NCBI GenBank assembly: GCA_009602735.1
Contig: WELA01002483.1
Location: 165,003-224,220, forward strand
DNA: 59,218 nt
Source of the DNA: Mesotaenium endlicherianum
Taxonomy: Eukaryota
Direction of reading: 5' to 3'
Part shown: positions 1-13,180 of the stretch, piece after piece
Position numbering within the stretch: position 1 is the first letter of the stretch
Layout of the letters: each line of letters starts with the position of its first letter
Program-made: the position numbers and the translations under genes
The notes under the pieces: model-generated
What the model saw: only the letters and a program-made list of their open reading frames with translations
The model's database searches: none
What the model was told of the DNA's origin: nothing

Positions 1-254
1 TCCGTGGCCTGTTCATGTAGCTTATTGACTGCCAGGTACAGCAGCCATAGGAGCAATTGTGCGCAGGCTAGATACTCAACTCAACGTGCATTTACTATTG
101 CTACTTGGCTGTAGTAATCTAGCTGTGCCGAGTGTGAAGCTCAAGATGCTTTAAGCTTGTACTCTTGTACTTTTCTTCCCCTGAACATATTGTAGAAATA
201 TCCCCCCCTTATCCGGCATAGTCTCAGTCCATATAGGCAATAACTTTTTCCTTA

Positions 255-1454
255 CTAACTAGAATCATCTGTACCGAAGAGAGCAGCAAGATTCCTTTTG
301 CCTGCGGAAGGCGGGCTTCGAGCTGGAATAGCTTCTAAAAGTGCAGGGCCCCCGGAAATTTTACATGCTTCCTCCACAGGGCCTGGAAAGACTCGAGTCA
401 ATAACAGAACTCCCTCGGGCGTATTGATAGTGCTTAAGAGGTGTGCCACGATGGTGTCTGATGCAGCTTCCTGCAAGTGTAACCGCAACCTTTTCTGCTC
501 TTGTTTAAACTTGAAGTTATGAAGCGCCTCAAATGCTTCCAGCTTCTGAGCCTTCTGCACACTCTGGTGGGCAGACTTCAGCGCTGATGCTTGTGCTTCC
601 TCTTGCACCTTCTCAAGTTCTCTCAGTGCTGCCTGCTTTGCCTTCTTCTTGAGCTCCCTGGTTGTGCTTGTCGCTGAGCGGTCAACCACCTGCCACGATT
701 ATCAAGTAATTCAGGATGGAAGGCACCAGGTCACATTTGCATCAAGGCTGGAAGAATTAATGCTTCCCTTCTTACGTGCACATGTCTCCACAGCAATATA
801 TCCTAACGGTAGGAAAGCTGGATAGACTGCATGGGAAGAAGGGAGAAAGCGAGCATCATAACTTGCATTGCTCGAACAGGTCATCACATGCGCAAATGCT
901 GGGTTGAAACAAGATCGATGATGCTGACGGCACTAGTGCATCCATGACCAGCGTGCTAGTGGGGAATATCAAAGAAGATACAAGCAGAAGTTGGACCTCT
1001 GTGAGGTAATGTCATAATAAGTACACCGGGAGGAGCTGCACCGTGACCTTACCATGAGTAAAGCCGCAGCTGCATGCTTGCATACTACACCTGTAGCATC
1101 AGCGACCTTGCATTCGGCGCAGTTTGTCCTGCTCCACTGGCGACCATCTGGCTCTTCAGTTATCGTAACACTGGTCAGTTGGTTGATCCCCACCTCGTTT
1201 TCTTTGACAGACTGGTAGTCAGCGGTGACGCACCAATATTCTGGCTTTCCTGGCCCAAGGATGTGGTGATCCACCGCTGTCACTGAGTACTCAGTGACAG
1301 CTGGCAAATCATGAAGACTCTTGTCATATGGCCCTTCAACGATCTGGCTTCTGATGAAGTCTTTAGTCAGTCCCGGTATCTTGAGCGAGGGAGAAGAAGC
1401 TACGTAAGTGCTACCATTCTTTAGACGCTTGGCCGGAGTCTGTAATACCAGCAT
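255..1454 (-). CDS. Partial, spliced gene encoding a SWIM-type zinc-finger-like segment followed by a charged helical segment (function unknown; possibly transposon-derived)
   Basis: Exon-like 1053-1454 lies between ctgcag| and |gtaagg and encodes NCAECKVADATGVVCKHAAAALL (C..C...CxH, SWIM-like). Exon-like 255-689 starts after tggcag| and encodes a K/E/Q/A-rich helix. The 5' end and a possible small exon near 776-826 are unresolved. Confidence 0.4.
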
Positions 1455-3841
1455 CTGCAGAGCGAAAGGAAGGGTGTCAAGACATTTGCCAGTGAATCTG
1501 ACAAGTCATATACAGGCAAGAATGACTGATCAATTGCCTGCTCTGATCAGTTCGTCAGCTCTGAGATCATGTTGCAGGTCCCATTGACTATAGAGTGCAT
1601 GCACTTACCATAGAACAACAGTCTACATTCATCCACAGCTCGTACTTGAAAGAGCAAATTTACTTCTCCAAAAAGCTGCACATTTAGCAGCTAAAATACA
1701 CCGACAACCCCATCTTCCCCGCAGAGTGTTGCCTAGTACTACACTTGATACGACGGGATCTATTGGCAAATTGGCATGTGCACGCACCTTAGAAGTGCAC
1801 AACGCCATTGCAGAAACGTTCGATGACAAGTGGCAGAAGTTCTCAGACTTCGAGTATCCTAATGCTTTGAGCAACTCAACCAAGTTCCACCATTCAGCGA
1901 GTCCGCGAGCACAAGAATCCTCGTGTCTGATTCCTAATGGCAAGAAAAAAAGGTACAAACAGCCCGCACTCTCGCCGTTTATCAGCTTCTTTGAGCACTT
2001 CGCCTTAGAATGAACGTCCTGCCAACGATGCCACCAAGTTGTTCAGGACTGACATTGCTGAACCAACAAAATTAAAGAAAAGGAGCCAACGCAGAACGTA
2101 CGAGTGAGCAGGATTAGGCGCGAGATTGGATTGGGTCGGTAGTGTAACTTCTGCATAGTACCTTGAAGGAACACAGATTAGGTGACATCACAACTATTCG
2201 AAGGGGGTAAAATAGCATGAGCAATTCTCTCAAATTGCCAAATTTCGAACCTTAAGCCGTGACGGATCGAAATCATTGCGAGCCAAGTTCCAACACTTAA
2301 GCAAACTCATCACGCATGCGTCCCTCACACTGACCGTGATGATTCTGGATTCCTAATTCCCACTCTCAAACACTATGCGTTCAGTAATTGAAACCCACCT
2401 TTGGTCAGGGAGTGATAGGCTTCTTTAATCTGCTTGATAGCTAATGTAACAGTCACGAATATCTTCACGAATCAAAAGATTTCACCAAAAGGGCTTGTGC
2501 AGCAGTGCAAAGTGCGCTTCCGTTCAGCAATCAACTGCTGCCTTCTCGTGCTAACAATACAAATGCTTCTTGAAAGCTTTCCCAACTAACGGATCCGACT
2601 TCTTACATACAATGAAGCGCAGTTTTATTTACACTTACATGCCCAGACGGACTGTTCCAAATTGCTCCGAACGGACCAGCCATGATGAACCCGTAGTTAA
2701 CGGCAAAGGCCCTATTCGATCAACATGTGGCACATATAAATTGATTGAGCTTTTGACGTTGACGATCACTGAAAGGTGGTCGTGGTTACCGTCGGAACCA
2801 CGACGACAAAGACGTGCCACATATCTACTGGGTAGCTATCAGGTACTACCAGGTAGCTCAGCCCACACTCGCGGATCGTCGAAGGTGGATTTTTCGCAAA
2901 TTGCGCGTTCGGATCGGTCCGGAATTCGAAATCGGTGCGAATTCCGTCGAGTCCCGGAAGCGGCACCAGAAACAAATGCGATTCCCTCCTCCTTCCGGCG
3001 CGGCCCGGCGCCTCCCGACCCGCCGATTCGCGAAAGACGCGTCCTCCGACCCCCCCGGAACACGAAAACGTAATGTTTCCGAACTCGGCCACCTCTCAAA
3101 ACGTAATATTTTCAAACCGACCGAGATGGGTTTTTCGAAATTATTTCGTTTCGGAGCGCGAGTATATGTGGGTAGCTATCGCTGTTCTGCGTCAGTGGCG
3201 TTGACACTGACTGCCTGCGTTCACGAAGTCACCTAGAGAGAGCACCCATGCAGCACCTCGATGGAAGTATTGACGGGAGATGTGCACGGTTGGACAATCG
3301 ACAACGGTTCGTAATTTACAACGTTGACGGCTGACGGTGAGCTGCTTGCGGGCCGTTAACGCGTGTTAGTTTGGGTCTGATGCAAGTAGGCACGATCCGG
3401 TATGATTCGTCACGAGTGGGCATGGGCTCTTGGCATGGGCATGACAAGACATGACCTGACAAAGTGCGACGAACACTTCCGAACGAATTTGGCACTTTTG
3501 GCTGCTTTTGGCAATTATCTACATATTAACAAATCTGAACATATCAATTTCGTCTCAGCCTTGTACCTACAGGCTACACAACACAGTGGGAAGGGGCCAG
3601 GAAGGGCTAGCTTTCTGGTGGAGCTGCATGCCTTGCAACCTCCACGATGCGTCGTAGTGTACAAAGACTTTTTGTTAACATGCAGGAGAGGACCTTATGC
3701 TGGTGTAGCTTGATGTGAAGTAAAGGAGATGTCTGCTCCTAGTGTATTCTTGCCTTAAGTACTCCTTAAGGATTAGACGTTCAATCGAAAGTTGCTAAGT
3801 AGCATCGTCACTTTGGGCAGCTCATTATTTGTAGGGACGTT

Positions 3842-6800
3842 ATGGCTCCTATAGCTGCATGCAAACCTTGGAAGACAACTTCCAATGGAGCCTGGTCCGG
3901 GGATGTACCTGTGCACTTTTCTCTTCCGTTACTCATCGTACAGCTATGTTTAGTCCTTGTCATCTCCCGTGTGGCTGCTCTCATATTGAGGCCATTACGG
4001 CAACCCCGTGTCATTGGGGAAATCATTGTGAGTGTTTCTGAATGTCATGCTGCGTGTGGCGTAGGCTAGTCTACCAGAGCCTGTTTAACACTGAGCTTAT
4101 GGCTATCATTGCTTCTTGGAATGCCTGCTCTTTGTACAGACAACATCTCCGTTTCTGCGTTGATCTGGATTGACATCTAATGTTGCGTACAAGAGAGTCA
4201 GGTTGGCTTCCACAGGTTTCCTGACGGTAGTGTGGTATGATTGCAGGGAGGTCTGATTCTAGGCCCTACTGTCATGGGGTACATACCCGGTTTCACTGAG
4301 AACATCTTCCCCCCAGCAAGTCTCCCTGTCCTGGAGACCATTGCTAATATTGGGCTGATATACTTCTTATTCATGGTTGGTCTGGAGTTGGATCTCCAGG
4401 CTATAAAGAGAACTGGAAAGCCTGCCCTTGCCATAGCACTTGCAGGAGTCACATTGCCCTTCCTTATGGGCATAGGTGCAGCTTACGCATTTAGAGAAAT
4501 CCTTAACGTGAATTCTAAATTTGCCCCCTTTCTTGTTTTCATGGGAGTGGCTGTGTCAATCACAGCGTTCCCCGTCTTAGCTCGCATCCTTGCAGAGAGA
4601 AAGCTTCTCACGACAGACGTGGGGCAGATGGCCATGTCCGCAGCCGCAGTCAATGATGTAGCTGCTTGGATCTTACTGGCTCTTGCCGTGGCCCTTTCTA
4701 ATACGAACAGCAAAGCACAGATTGTCGTGTGGATTCTTCTTAGTGGTATAGCATTTCTCATAGTCATGTTTTTTGCGGTTCGCCCTTTTATGGCGTTCTT
4801 AGTGAGTAAGACGGTTGACAATGAGCCGATTCCAGAGACTCTCGTGGCGTTCACTCTAGTCGGAGTTTTGATAGCCAGTTTCGCCACTGACACTATAGGA
4901 ATTCATGGCATTTTTGGAGGCTTTGTGTTCGGCCTCATCATTCCCAAAAATGGTGCCTTTGGGAATGCCATATTAGAGAAAATAGAGGACTTTGTGAGCA
5001 TCATATTGTTACCCCTGTACTTTGCTAGCAGTGGGCTGAAGACGAAGCTGCAGAGCATCGACGGGGCAAAGTCTGTGGGCTTGGTGTTTCTCGTCATAGC
5101 CCTTGCATGCATTGGAAAGATCGGAGGCACGGTGATAGCGTCGCTCTGCTGCAAGATGCCGCTGCGGAAGTCGTTTGTGCTGGGGATCCTCATGAACACC
5201 AAAGGCCTGGTGGAGCTGATCGTTCTCAACATCGGCCTGCAGAAGGGGGTACGCAAGTCTCCACTCTCCTAAAGCATTCATGAATGCTGCTTCCAAGGTG
5301 GCATATGGACCTTGCTTGATGTCTGACATCATTCTGTTTGCAGGTTGGCCATCCTCATTGCATGTCTTCGAGACTTTGTTTGCATGCTTCACCTAGTAGA
5401 CTTGAGGTTTTTTTTGTGTTGTGCGTGTGGTTCTTGAAAGGAGAGACGGCTAGCATCTATTTGCATGCGTTTTTCTGAAATAATCAATAGATGAAACGGA
5501 GAGGCTTATCTTGCTTGCTGGCCATATGAGGCCAGGTAAGCAGGCCGGTAAGCCAGAATCACTGCTAGCTCTTTCATTCATGTACGTTTCTGAGTACTAT
5601 GAAGGTGTACACCCCTTAGCTCCTGGTCTTGTTGCAACTGGAAGGTGTGTAGAGTCCAGCGAGGATTCAAAGGCTGCTTATGCCTTATCGTAAGAGAGAC
5701 ATGGCTCTGAGCTCAATCTGCTGGTTCATATGGTAATCGCGGCTTTATGCATGAGCAGATATTGACGCAGGAGATCTTCTCCATCATGGTCCTCATGGCC
5801 TTGGTGACCACGTTCATGACAACTCCGCTGGTCATGTGGTTGTACGAGCCTGCGCGGGACAAGACGCCGTATGTGAAGCGCAAGGTGGAGGACTCGGACG
5901 ACGAGCTGCGCATGGTGGTGTGCGTGCACGGCATGCAGAACATGCCGGCCATGCTCAATTTCACCGAGTTCTCGCGCGGCTCCCGCAAGCATCCCCTCAA
6001 GGCCTTCATTCTCCATTGCATCGAGTTCTCGGAGCGATCGTCGGCCATCATGATGGTCAGTTGCGCCTACCCTCCGGCTGCTCCACCTGTTTACCCTCCA
6101 CATGTCAACAGTGATGGAGCAGCTGCTGATAGGATGGCTCTGCAGTTGGGCCCAGTCTCGTTTACTATTGTTGTTGTTTGTTCGTCTCTTGTATAGGATC
6201 TCTGTTTGATTGAAAAAATACCAATCTCTGGGTACGATCAAATATTGACACGCATGTGGATGCGTCACGCGTATACTTTGTGATTTCTTACTGGGAAGCG
6301 TGTGAAGAGGTGTTAATCTGAGAGGTAGTCTGTCCTAAAGTCTGCCCACTTATATATTCTCACACTTGTGCCCGGCTGTGAATCATCTTCCTCGGACTTG
6401 CAGCACCTGATGTGCACTGGGGCTCTCGTTTTCTCTAGTCGAGCTAAGTCCAGGATGGCCTTGGACAGGGTTGAGATCATCTCTTGCTAGTGTGTTTGTG
6501 GGTGCTTGTGCACATGCTTGCACGAGGAAGGACGAGAATGGTAGGCTAGTGTCAGGCAGGGCCCATATTCTTGTGGAGTCTCTGATGTGTCAAGACAGTC
6601 CAGCTTGCAATGCTGCTGGGAAGGGACTGTGGGGCCATGTTGAAGGTGAAAACATGGTGGGGGTGGGGTTGGGGTNNNNNNNNNNNNNNNNNNNNNNNNN
6701 NNNNNNNNNNNNNNNNNNNNNNNNNNNNNNNNNNNNNNNNNNNNNNNNNNNNNNNNNNNNNNNNNNNNNNNNNNNNNNNNNNNNNNNNNNNNNNNNNNNN

Positions 6801-9030
6801 NNNNNNNNNNNNNNNNNNNNNNNNNNNNNNNNNNNNNNNNNNNNNNNNNNNNNNNNNNNNNNNNNNNNNNNNNNNNNNNNNNNNNNNNNNNNNNNNNNNN
6901 NNNNNNNNNNNNNNNNNNNNNNNNNNNNNNNNNNNNNNNNNNNNNNNNNNNNNNNNNNNNNNNNNNNNNNNNNNNNNNNNNNNNNNNNNNNNNNNNNNNN
7001 NNNNNNNNNNNNNNNNNNNNNNNNNNNNNNNNNNNNNNNNNNNNNNNNNNNNNNNNNNNNNNNNNNNNNNNNNNNNNNNNNNNNNNNNNNNNNNNNNNNN
7101 NNNNNNNNNNNNNNNNNNNNNNNNNNNNNNNNNNNNNNNNNNNNNNNNNNNNNNNNNNNNNNNNNNNNNNNNNNNNNNNNNNNNNNNNNNNNNNNNNNNN
7201 NNNNNNNNNNNNNNNNNNNNNNNNNNNNNNNNNNNNNNNNNNNNNNNNNNNNNNNNNNNNNNNNNNNNNNNNNNNNNNNNNNNNNNGGGGGGGGAGGCGC
7301 GCAGGTGACGAGGGTGCGCAAGGACGGCAAGCCCTACTGGAGCAAGGAGGCGCAGCGCCGGGGGCAGGACCAGGTGGTGGTGGCGTTTGAGCAGTTTGGG
7401 CGCCTGAGCAAAGTGCATGTGCAGCCCATGACGGTGATCTCGTCCTTCTTCGACATGCACGACGACATCTGCTCCACGGCAGCCGGCAAGCGGGCCAACA
7501 TCATCGTCCTGCCGTTCCACAGGATACCCGTATGTCTCCCCCACCCACGAAATCCGTCACAGCGCTTGTCGGGTGTGCGCTGACGGGCGAAGGTTGACTC
7601 GTGTGTGTGAGCGTGACTGGAGACTGGCCTTTCATGCTTGCCAAGTATCGGTGTTGAGGCACCGTGCTGCTGCTATCTGCTGGGTTGCCGTGCTCTAGTC
7701 AGGAATGCGGGCTTCCTTCCGGTCTTCGGGTACGTCCCTGCCTCATATAGAGTTGGTGAGACTTGGTGGGAAAGATTGTGAAAGTGTTAGTCTACAAATG
7801 CATGACAAGTCGCTACGTATTCAGTGCCGTAATCGCAAGTGTGCTTCAAGATATCCGCCAAACACTCAACAGGCAGAGGAGGTTTACAAGACGCACCGTC
7901 AGGAAAAAGGCCCATTATCAGCCATTGTTGGGAGTGCGGCTGGAGCTTATGATGCGTCTGCAAGCTCTACTTAGTCTCGTCCCAGCAACAGCGATGTGTT
8001 CAGCTGCGCCTGCAGGCAGTAGCCTGCTGGAAGTGTGGTGCAGCCTCAATCTAGCATGCATGGAACCAGGGGGGGAGAAGGCAAAAGTGACACGCCTGCT
8101 TGGACGGATGCTGGCCTGCAGGGGGCGGATGGCAACCTGGACGTGGTGGTGGGCGGCTTCCAGCAGGTGAATCACAAAGTGCTGCGCCACGCCCCCTGCT
8201 CTGTGGCCATTCTCGTCGACCGCGGCTTGGGTGGGAACCGCCAGATGGAGAGCAGCAAGGTGGCCAACAACGTAGCCGTGCTCTTCTTTGGAGGCCCCGA
8301 CGACCGCGAAGCTCTCAGCGTTGCGAGGCGCATGGTGGAGCATCCAGGTGTCAGGCTCACGGTCATCCGCTTCGTCAGCCAGCCTGGCGCCGACGTTGCA
8401 TTCGAGGTGGCGGAACAGATGTCAGCAGCTCGAGGCGCAGGCGCGCCTGCTACGGGGGACACCTCGGAGATCCAGAGAAGCACGAGCCAGCCCACTATAT
8501 CGTCCTCACTGTCGTCCTTCCACATTCCCATTGACAAGATGGAGGTTGATAAGGAGCATGGGCTGGACAACTTGGCGGTGCTGTCTGTGGCCAAGATGGC
8601 CAGGCAGCAGCAGCCTGCAGCAGCAGAGCAGGAGGCGTCACCGAATACCCTTGAGGCTGCAGACTCCGTCGTGCTGTCGCAAATCAAGTATGAGGTTCGC
8701 GAAGTCGATGATGTGGCCTCGGCTGTTCTGCAAGTGGCCAAAGAGGGTGAGTTTGATCTGCTAGTGATTGGAAGAGGGAGGCGGCCGGGCCCGCTGATTG
8801 CGCGAATGACGTTGCAAATGTCAAGTCAGCACAACAGGCGCAGTGTAGATGACGGCGGGGCAGGGCTAGGGGCGCTGGGGCAGCTGCTGACTGAGAGAGA
8901 TAACGAGGTGCATGCCTCAGTGCTGGTGGTGCAGCAGCATGATCCCTCTTTTGTCAGGGTACGGGCCTCGAGCAGAGCTGAGCTGGCAACAGTGGCAGAT
9001 GAGCACACGGGCACGCCACATCCTCATTAG
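3842..9030 (+). CDS. CHX: Cation/H+ exchanger, plant CHX (CPA2) family, ~872 aa, 5 exons: 3842-4027, 4247-5248, 5759-6055, 7305-7529, 8122-9030
   Basis: Family motifs TSNG..G..P.HFSLPLLIVQ, LRPLRQPRVIGEII|GGLILGP, SITAFPVLARILAE, AAAVNDVAAWILLAL, LLPLYFASSGLKT, LMNTKGLVELIVLNIG, HAPCSVAILVDRG, FFGGPDDREAL, SVLVVQQ. All introns are GT-AG phase 0. Intron 3 contains an N gap. Confidence 0.95.
6676..7286. other. Assembly gap (N run); further gaps at 13181-13251 and 15205-15375, single Ns at 14041 and 43382
   Basis: Runs of n, each abutting a G-run or (GA)n tract inside an intron. Confidence 1.
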
Positions 9031-9911
9031 CTATTTCTGATGGTTGCAGCTCTCAAATATCTTCTATAATTGGCCTGCACAGGTGATCTTGGGCCCGTAT
9101 CGCAATCTATTTTGAGCAGTTGTTGCCTATGTGTGTATGGAGGTCTTGTATATATAGTTACACGGGTGACCCTTAGACTGGATTTCGCGATGTGACAGCT
9201 GCCGTTACTTGGCATAAGAATTGTTTTTTTGTGAGAATTCATTTATCATTCATGCAAACCCGTTAAAAAAGGGTTTTGACTTTAAGGATCTAGTCACTCT
9301 CATGGGCTTACTTCCCGATAATCTAGAAGGAAACTTACAAATTCATACCAAAGGCAACAGTGCGATTCAGAATATATCAGCATTATTGCTGTTGCTACTG
9401 AGCAACTATCTTCCTTATGCCAATTGACTCATCCTCAGCTCTTCCATTTGTTCTAGTTGAATCAAGAAGTCAAGATTAACCTTTTTTTTGGGGGGAGAAG
9501 TTGGATAGAACTGAGGGCTGTGACATGTCATGTAGCGTATCTCCGAGATGGCAGTAGACAGAGAGGGTGGACCGCATGTTACATACAGGCCTTCTAATAA
9601 CTTGTCCCACGACTTTCCAATTCACCACACCACATTGAGCTTATATATTGTAGCCAATACCCCAGCCTCTGTACATATTTCATCCCAGATGCCATGCTGG
9701 ATGCACCGGAACATTGCGACTCAAGCTCCTGGATGATGGAGACGCACCAAGGACTAAGTATTACTGATAATACGCCTACCTTCTAAACCTCTATGATACA
9801 ACCTTCATAGCCGTATTTGTGGAAAATCTGGGAACAAGATGAAACGTCGACCTAACTTGGATCCGGCTGCAGATACCAAATCCAAACCTGCACTAACAAG
9901 CAATATGCTTG

Positions 9912-12900
9912 CTAAGAAACTAACACTCTTCTGAGCTTCTCCACTGCGTCAGCTGGCACATTTCGTGAGGGAACATGAATCTGTAGCAGCATGGCATACC
10001 TGACCACAGAGCAAAAAGATTTACTAATATGTTAGCACATCAAATGAGGTATTGAGTGCCAGGAAGTACGCGTACGCCTCAATCAAAATCAAAATAGACC
10101 GCTCATGTTACTCAATCCAGTACACGGCACGTTCGGAGCGGCAAGAGGGTGCTTGGAAGCAGCGAGTAACGATAGAGAACAACTTCCACTTACTCTTCAA
10201 GGGTGAAATAGCGGTCGTGGTCACGCACATACGCCATCAGCGCCTGAAGCAGTCGCACCCGAGTACACACACATGCACAACACTCAAATTGCTGCATCAG
10301 CAGACAGGTATTGCTTCTTGTATCCACCCTTTCTATCCTTCTGCCTTTCAGCACGGCCTGGACATTTGTGTAAACTGGGCGCCTGAGAACAACGATAATA
10401 CTAAGCACGTGCGCTAAATATAATGCACCTCCAACCCCGGTACGCATGCATACAGCAGCTGCCTCCAATAATTAACTGATAGGGTCAATCTTCAGCGAGC
10501 CACCCTGGATGAAAGTACATGACCCCCTTAGAGGTACACATCGTACCATCGTGCCGCGGACCAGGTAAGGAGCAACAGCAACGCCTAGGAAGGCTGCACA
10601 CGAGCCAGCTGGAGGTGGAGAGGGGACCTCGTAGGGGCGGTTGAGGAGCTCGTAGTACTCGCCCACGCGGTCCAGGCTCTGCTGCACGCTGCTGCTGCTG
10701 TTGGCTCCCAGCGTTGCCAGCGTCTGCCCACTCACGCATCCGCTGAGTCCCACGCTCAAACATGCCGCAACAGAAAACTTGCAGCAGGTAACCCGGAGAA
10801 GTTTTTGGCACACAGGTCCATTCAGAAGGTAGCCCTCATCGGAGCCTACAAGTGTCAGCGATTGCATCACACCCTCTCTGAGCATTTGTCCCCACCAAGG
10901 TGCAAGCGGAGACGGACAACGGATGCACAGAGCAGAGCGTGGGGGCTATGCGTGCGCAGTCATACTCCGAGCAGGTAGTTGCTTCTAGCTCAGTGAGATT
11001 GCCAAACCTGTCTACAATTTACATGTGCCGGCAGGATGGCGGGTGTGAGGGACAGACCTGCTGGAGAGCGATGCAGTTGCGCTGCACCTGGCGCACACCC
11101 AGCGCGTTGATCCGCCTCTCCCTCTCCACAATCCTACCTAAGCTCTGCGACATATGGCATACACACAGAGAGAAGGCCGTACCAGCAGTGGGCCAGGAGG
11201 GCTCAGTGCCTGTGCGTGTGGACGGACAAGCATGCACAAAAGCCAGTGCTCCACACTAGCTGCTTGGCGTGAGGAACGCATGAGCGCCACGGTGTGGGGT
11301 GGGGTGGAGCGAGGGGGCGTACTCGAATGAGGGCGGTGGCAGCCAGGCCGCACACGCCGCCAAAGACGTAGCTCCTCTTGGGCGCCTGCAGATACAGCGC
11401 CATCTCCTCCTCCAGCCGCGTCATCTGCCACGCCATGCCACCCCTCCCTTCCCCACTTAGACCCCATCACCTATGCCTCTCTCCTGCTCGTAGATGCTCC
11501 CACCAGCGCCTCAGGGCTGCTCGCATTCTAGCGCTAGTGCGTCCTCGCAGTCGGACAGGGCGGCTGTTCTGACTGCAGCGCATCACTCACTTTGCGACCA
11601 GACTGAAGTCGCTCAAGGGTAGCACCCGCCACCGACACATGCACACACAAGTAGCGAAGCCGCGACAAGGGCGCACACACCTGGCTGGTGAGAGCGACGA
11701 TGAAGTCTTCGGGCTCCTCGGGGTCGGTCTCCAGCACGTACGACCTCTCCGCCATGCTCTGCCCCTCCCACCCTCCCTCCAGCACATCAGCCAGGGCCCA
11801 TTCGGACATACTCCACGCGCAGCCTCCACCAGCAGCAGGCACGCACTTAGCCGACCCTTCACATGCACACGTGCAGTGCCAGTGCCGGGTCGAGGAGCAG
11901 AGGGGGGCGTGGCCGCCACGGGCAGCTCACCTGGAGGTGGAAGATGCACTGCAGCTGCATCTCCAGCCTGAGAGTCATCAGGCACTCTCTCGACAGCTCC
12001 CTGTAGCTCTCTGACAGCCTGGCCAGCCCCCCAGTGAGGGCCAAGCCGCCACTTGGCGTCTTTCTGTGGGCCGGACCTGTGGGCAGCCGCCGCTTGGACT
12101 GGTTCTGCTGCACACCTGCTCCTTGCCCCAACCTGTGCAAGCATCCCCCAAGTCGCCAGACAACCACGATGATGAGCAGCGCCACTGCAGCTTGCATGCT
12201 GCACAGCACAGCCCAGCACACCAACATGGCACTGCCCCTCCCTCCAAGCTGGGTGGCGCCATCTCGTCCCTATGCACGTGCCACAGGGGCCGTCAGAACG
12301 GGGCGCGTCAGGCCATCGACAGGTAGTAGCAGGTCAGCACAGCGGTTCCATTTTCTCCAGCAGCAAAAAGTGATTGAAGCAGGGTCCCGTTATGTCCACA
12401 AACGCGTGAGCATGCAGCCGCCGCGGGCACGGGAGGGGGCCCACGAGGACCAGCTTTGGCCCGTTCATGCTTCTCACACAGCTCTGCCCACGATCTGCTA
12501 AGCGGAGACCGAAGGAAGGCGTGGCGTGGCGTGTCGAGACTCACGCAAAGATGGAGTCGGAGAGGTACAGCAGCGTGTCCGAGAGCGCCGCCAGCAGCAC
12601 CAGCTTGCTCCCCTCCGTTATCACTTGCCTCTGCATGCACGGCGGCACCAGGTCAGGGCCCGGGAGGGAGGCTAAGTGCCCTCTTTCCCAAAACCAATGC
12701 TGTCGCTCCAAACTTCCGTGGAGTGCTCAGCTCTCATCTGACTGACTGCAGCAGTAGCAGCAGCAGCATTGCATCCTGGATGGACCTGTGCGACAGAGAC
12801 GCGCATGCATTGCCAGCCTAGGCCAGATGCTAAGTGGAGGGCCCTGGTGGTGCACGTACAGCGTCGATGGGCATGTAGCCAAACAGCTCGTTGTAGAGCT

Positions 12901-13130
12901 CCATGTCAATCTCGTACGCCTCGCTGTCCACGGGCGGGTCCTCGCGCGCCGCCTCAAAGTCGGCGGGCAGGATGTCGTCGTCCTCCAGCAGCTGCGAGGC
13001 CGCCTGCTGCCGCATCAGGTGCTCCGTGTCCGCCCGCCCCACCAGCGCCCGGCTCAGGCTGCCCAGCACCGCCTGCACTCGTCTCCACACACCCCCGCAC
13101 ACATGAACTCTCATGAAAACACGCACACAA

Positions 13131-13180
<50 letters not shown>

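Noticed and set aside
6471..7583. Long ORFs spanning N runs (also around 13181 and 15205)
   Set aside because: Artefacts of gaps translated as X; only 7305-7529 is a real CHX exon.
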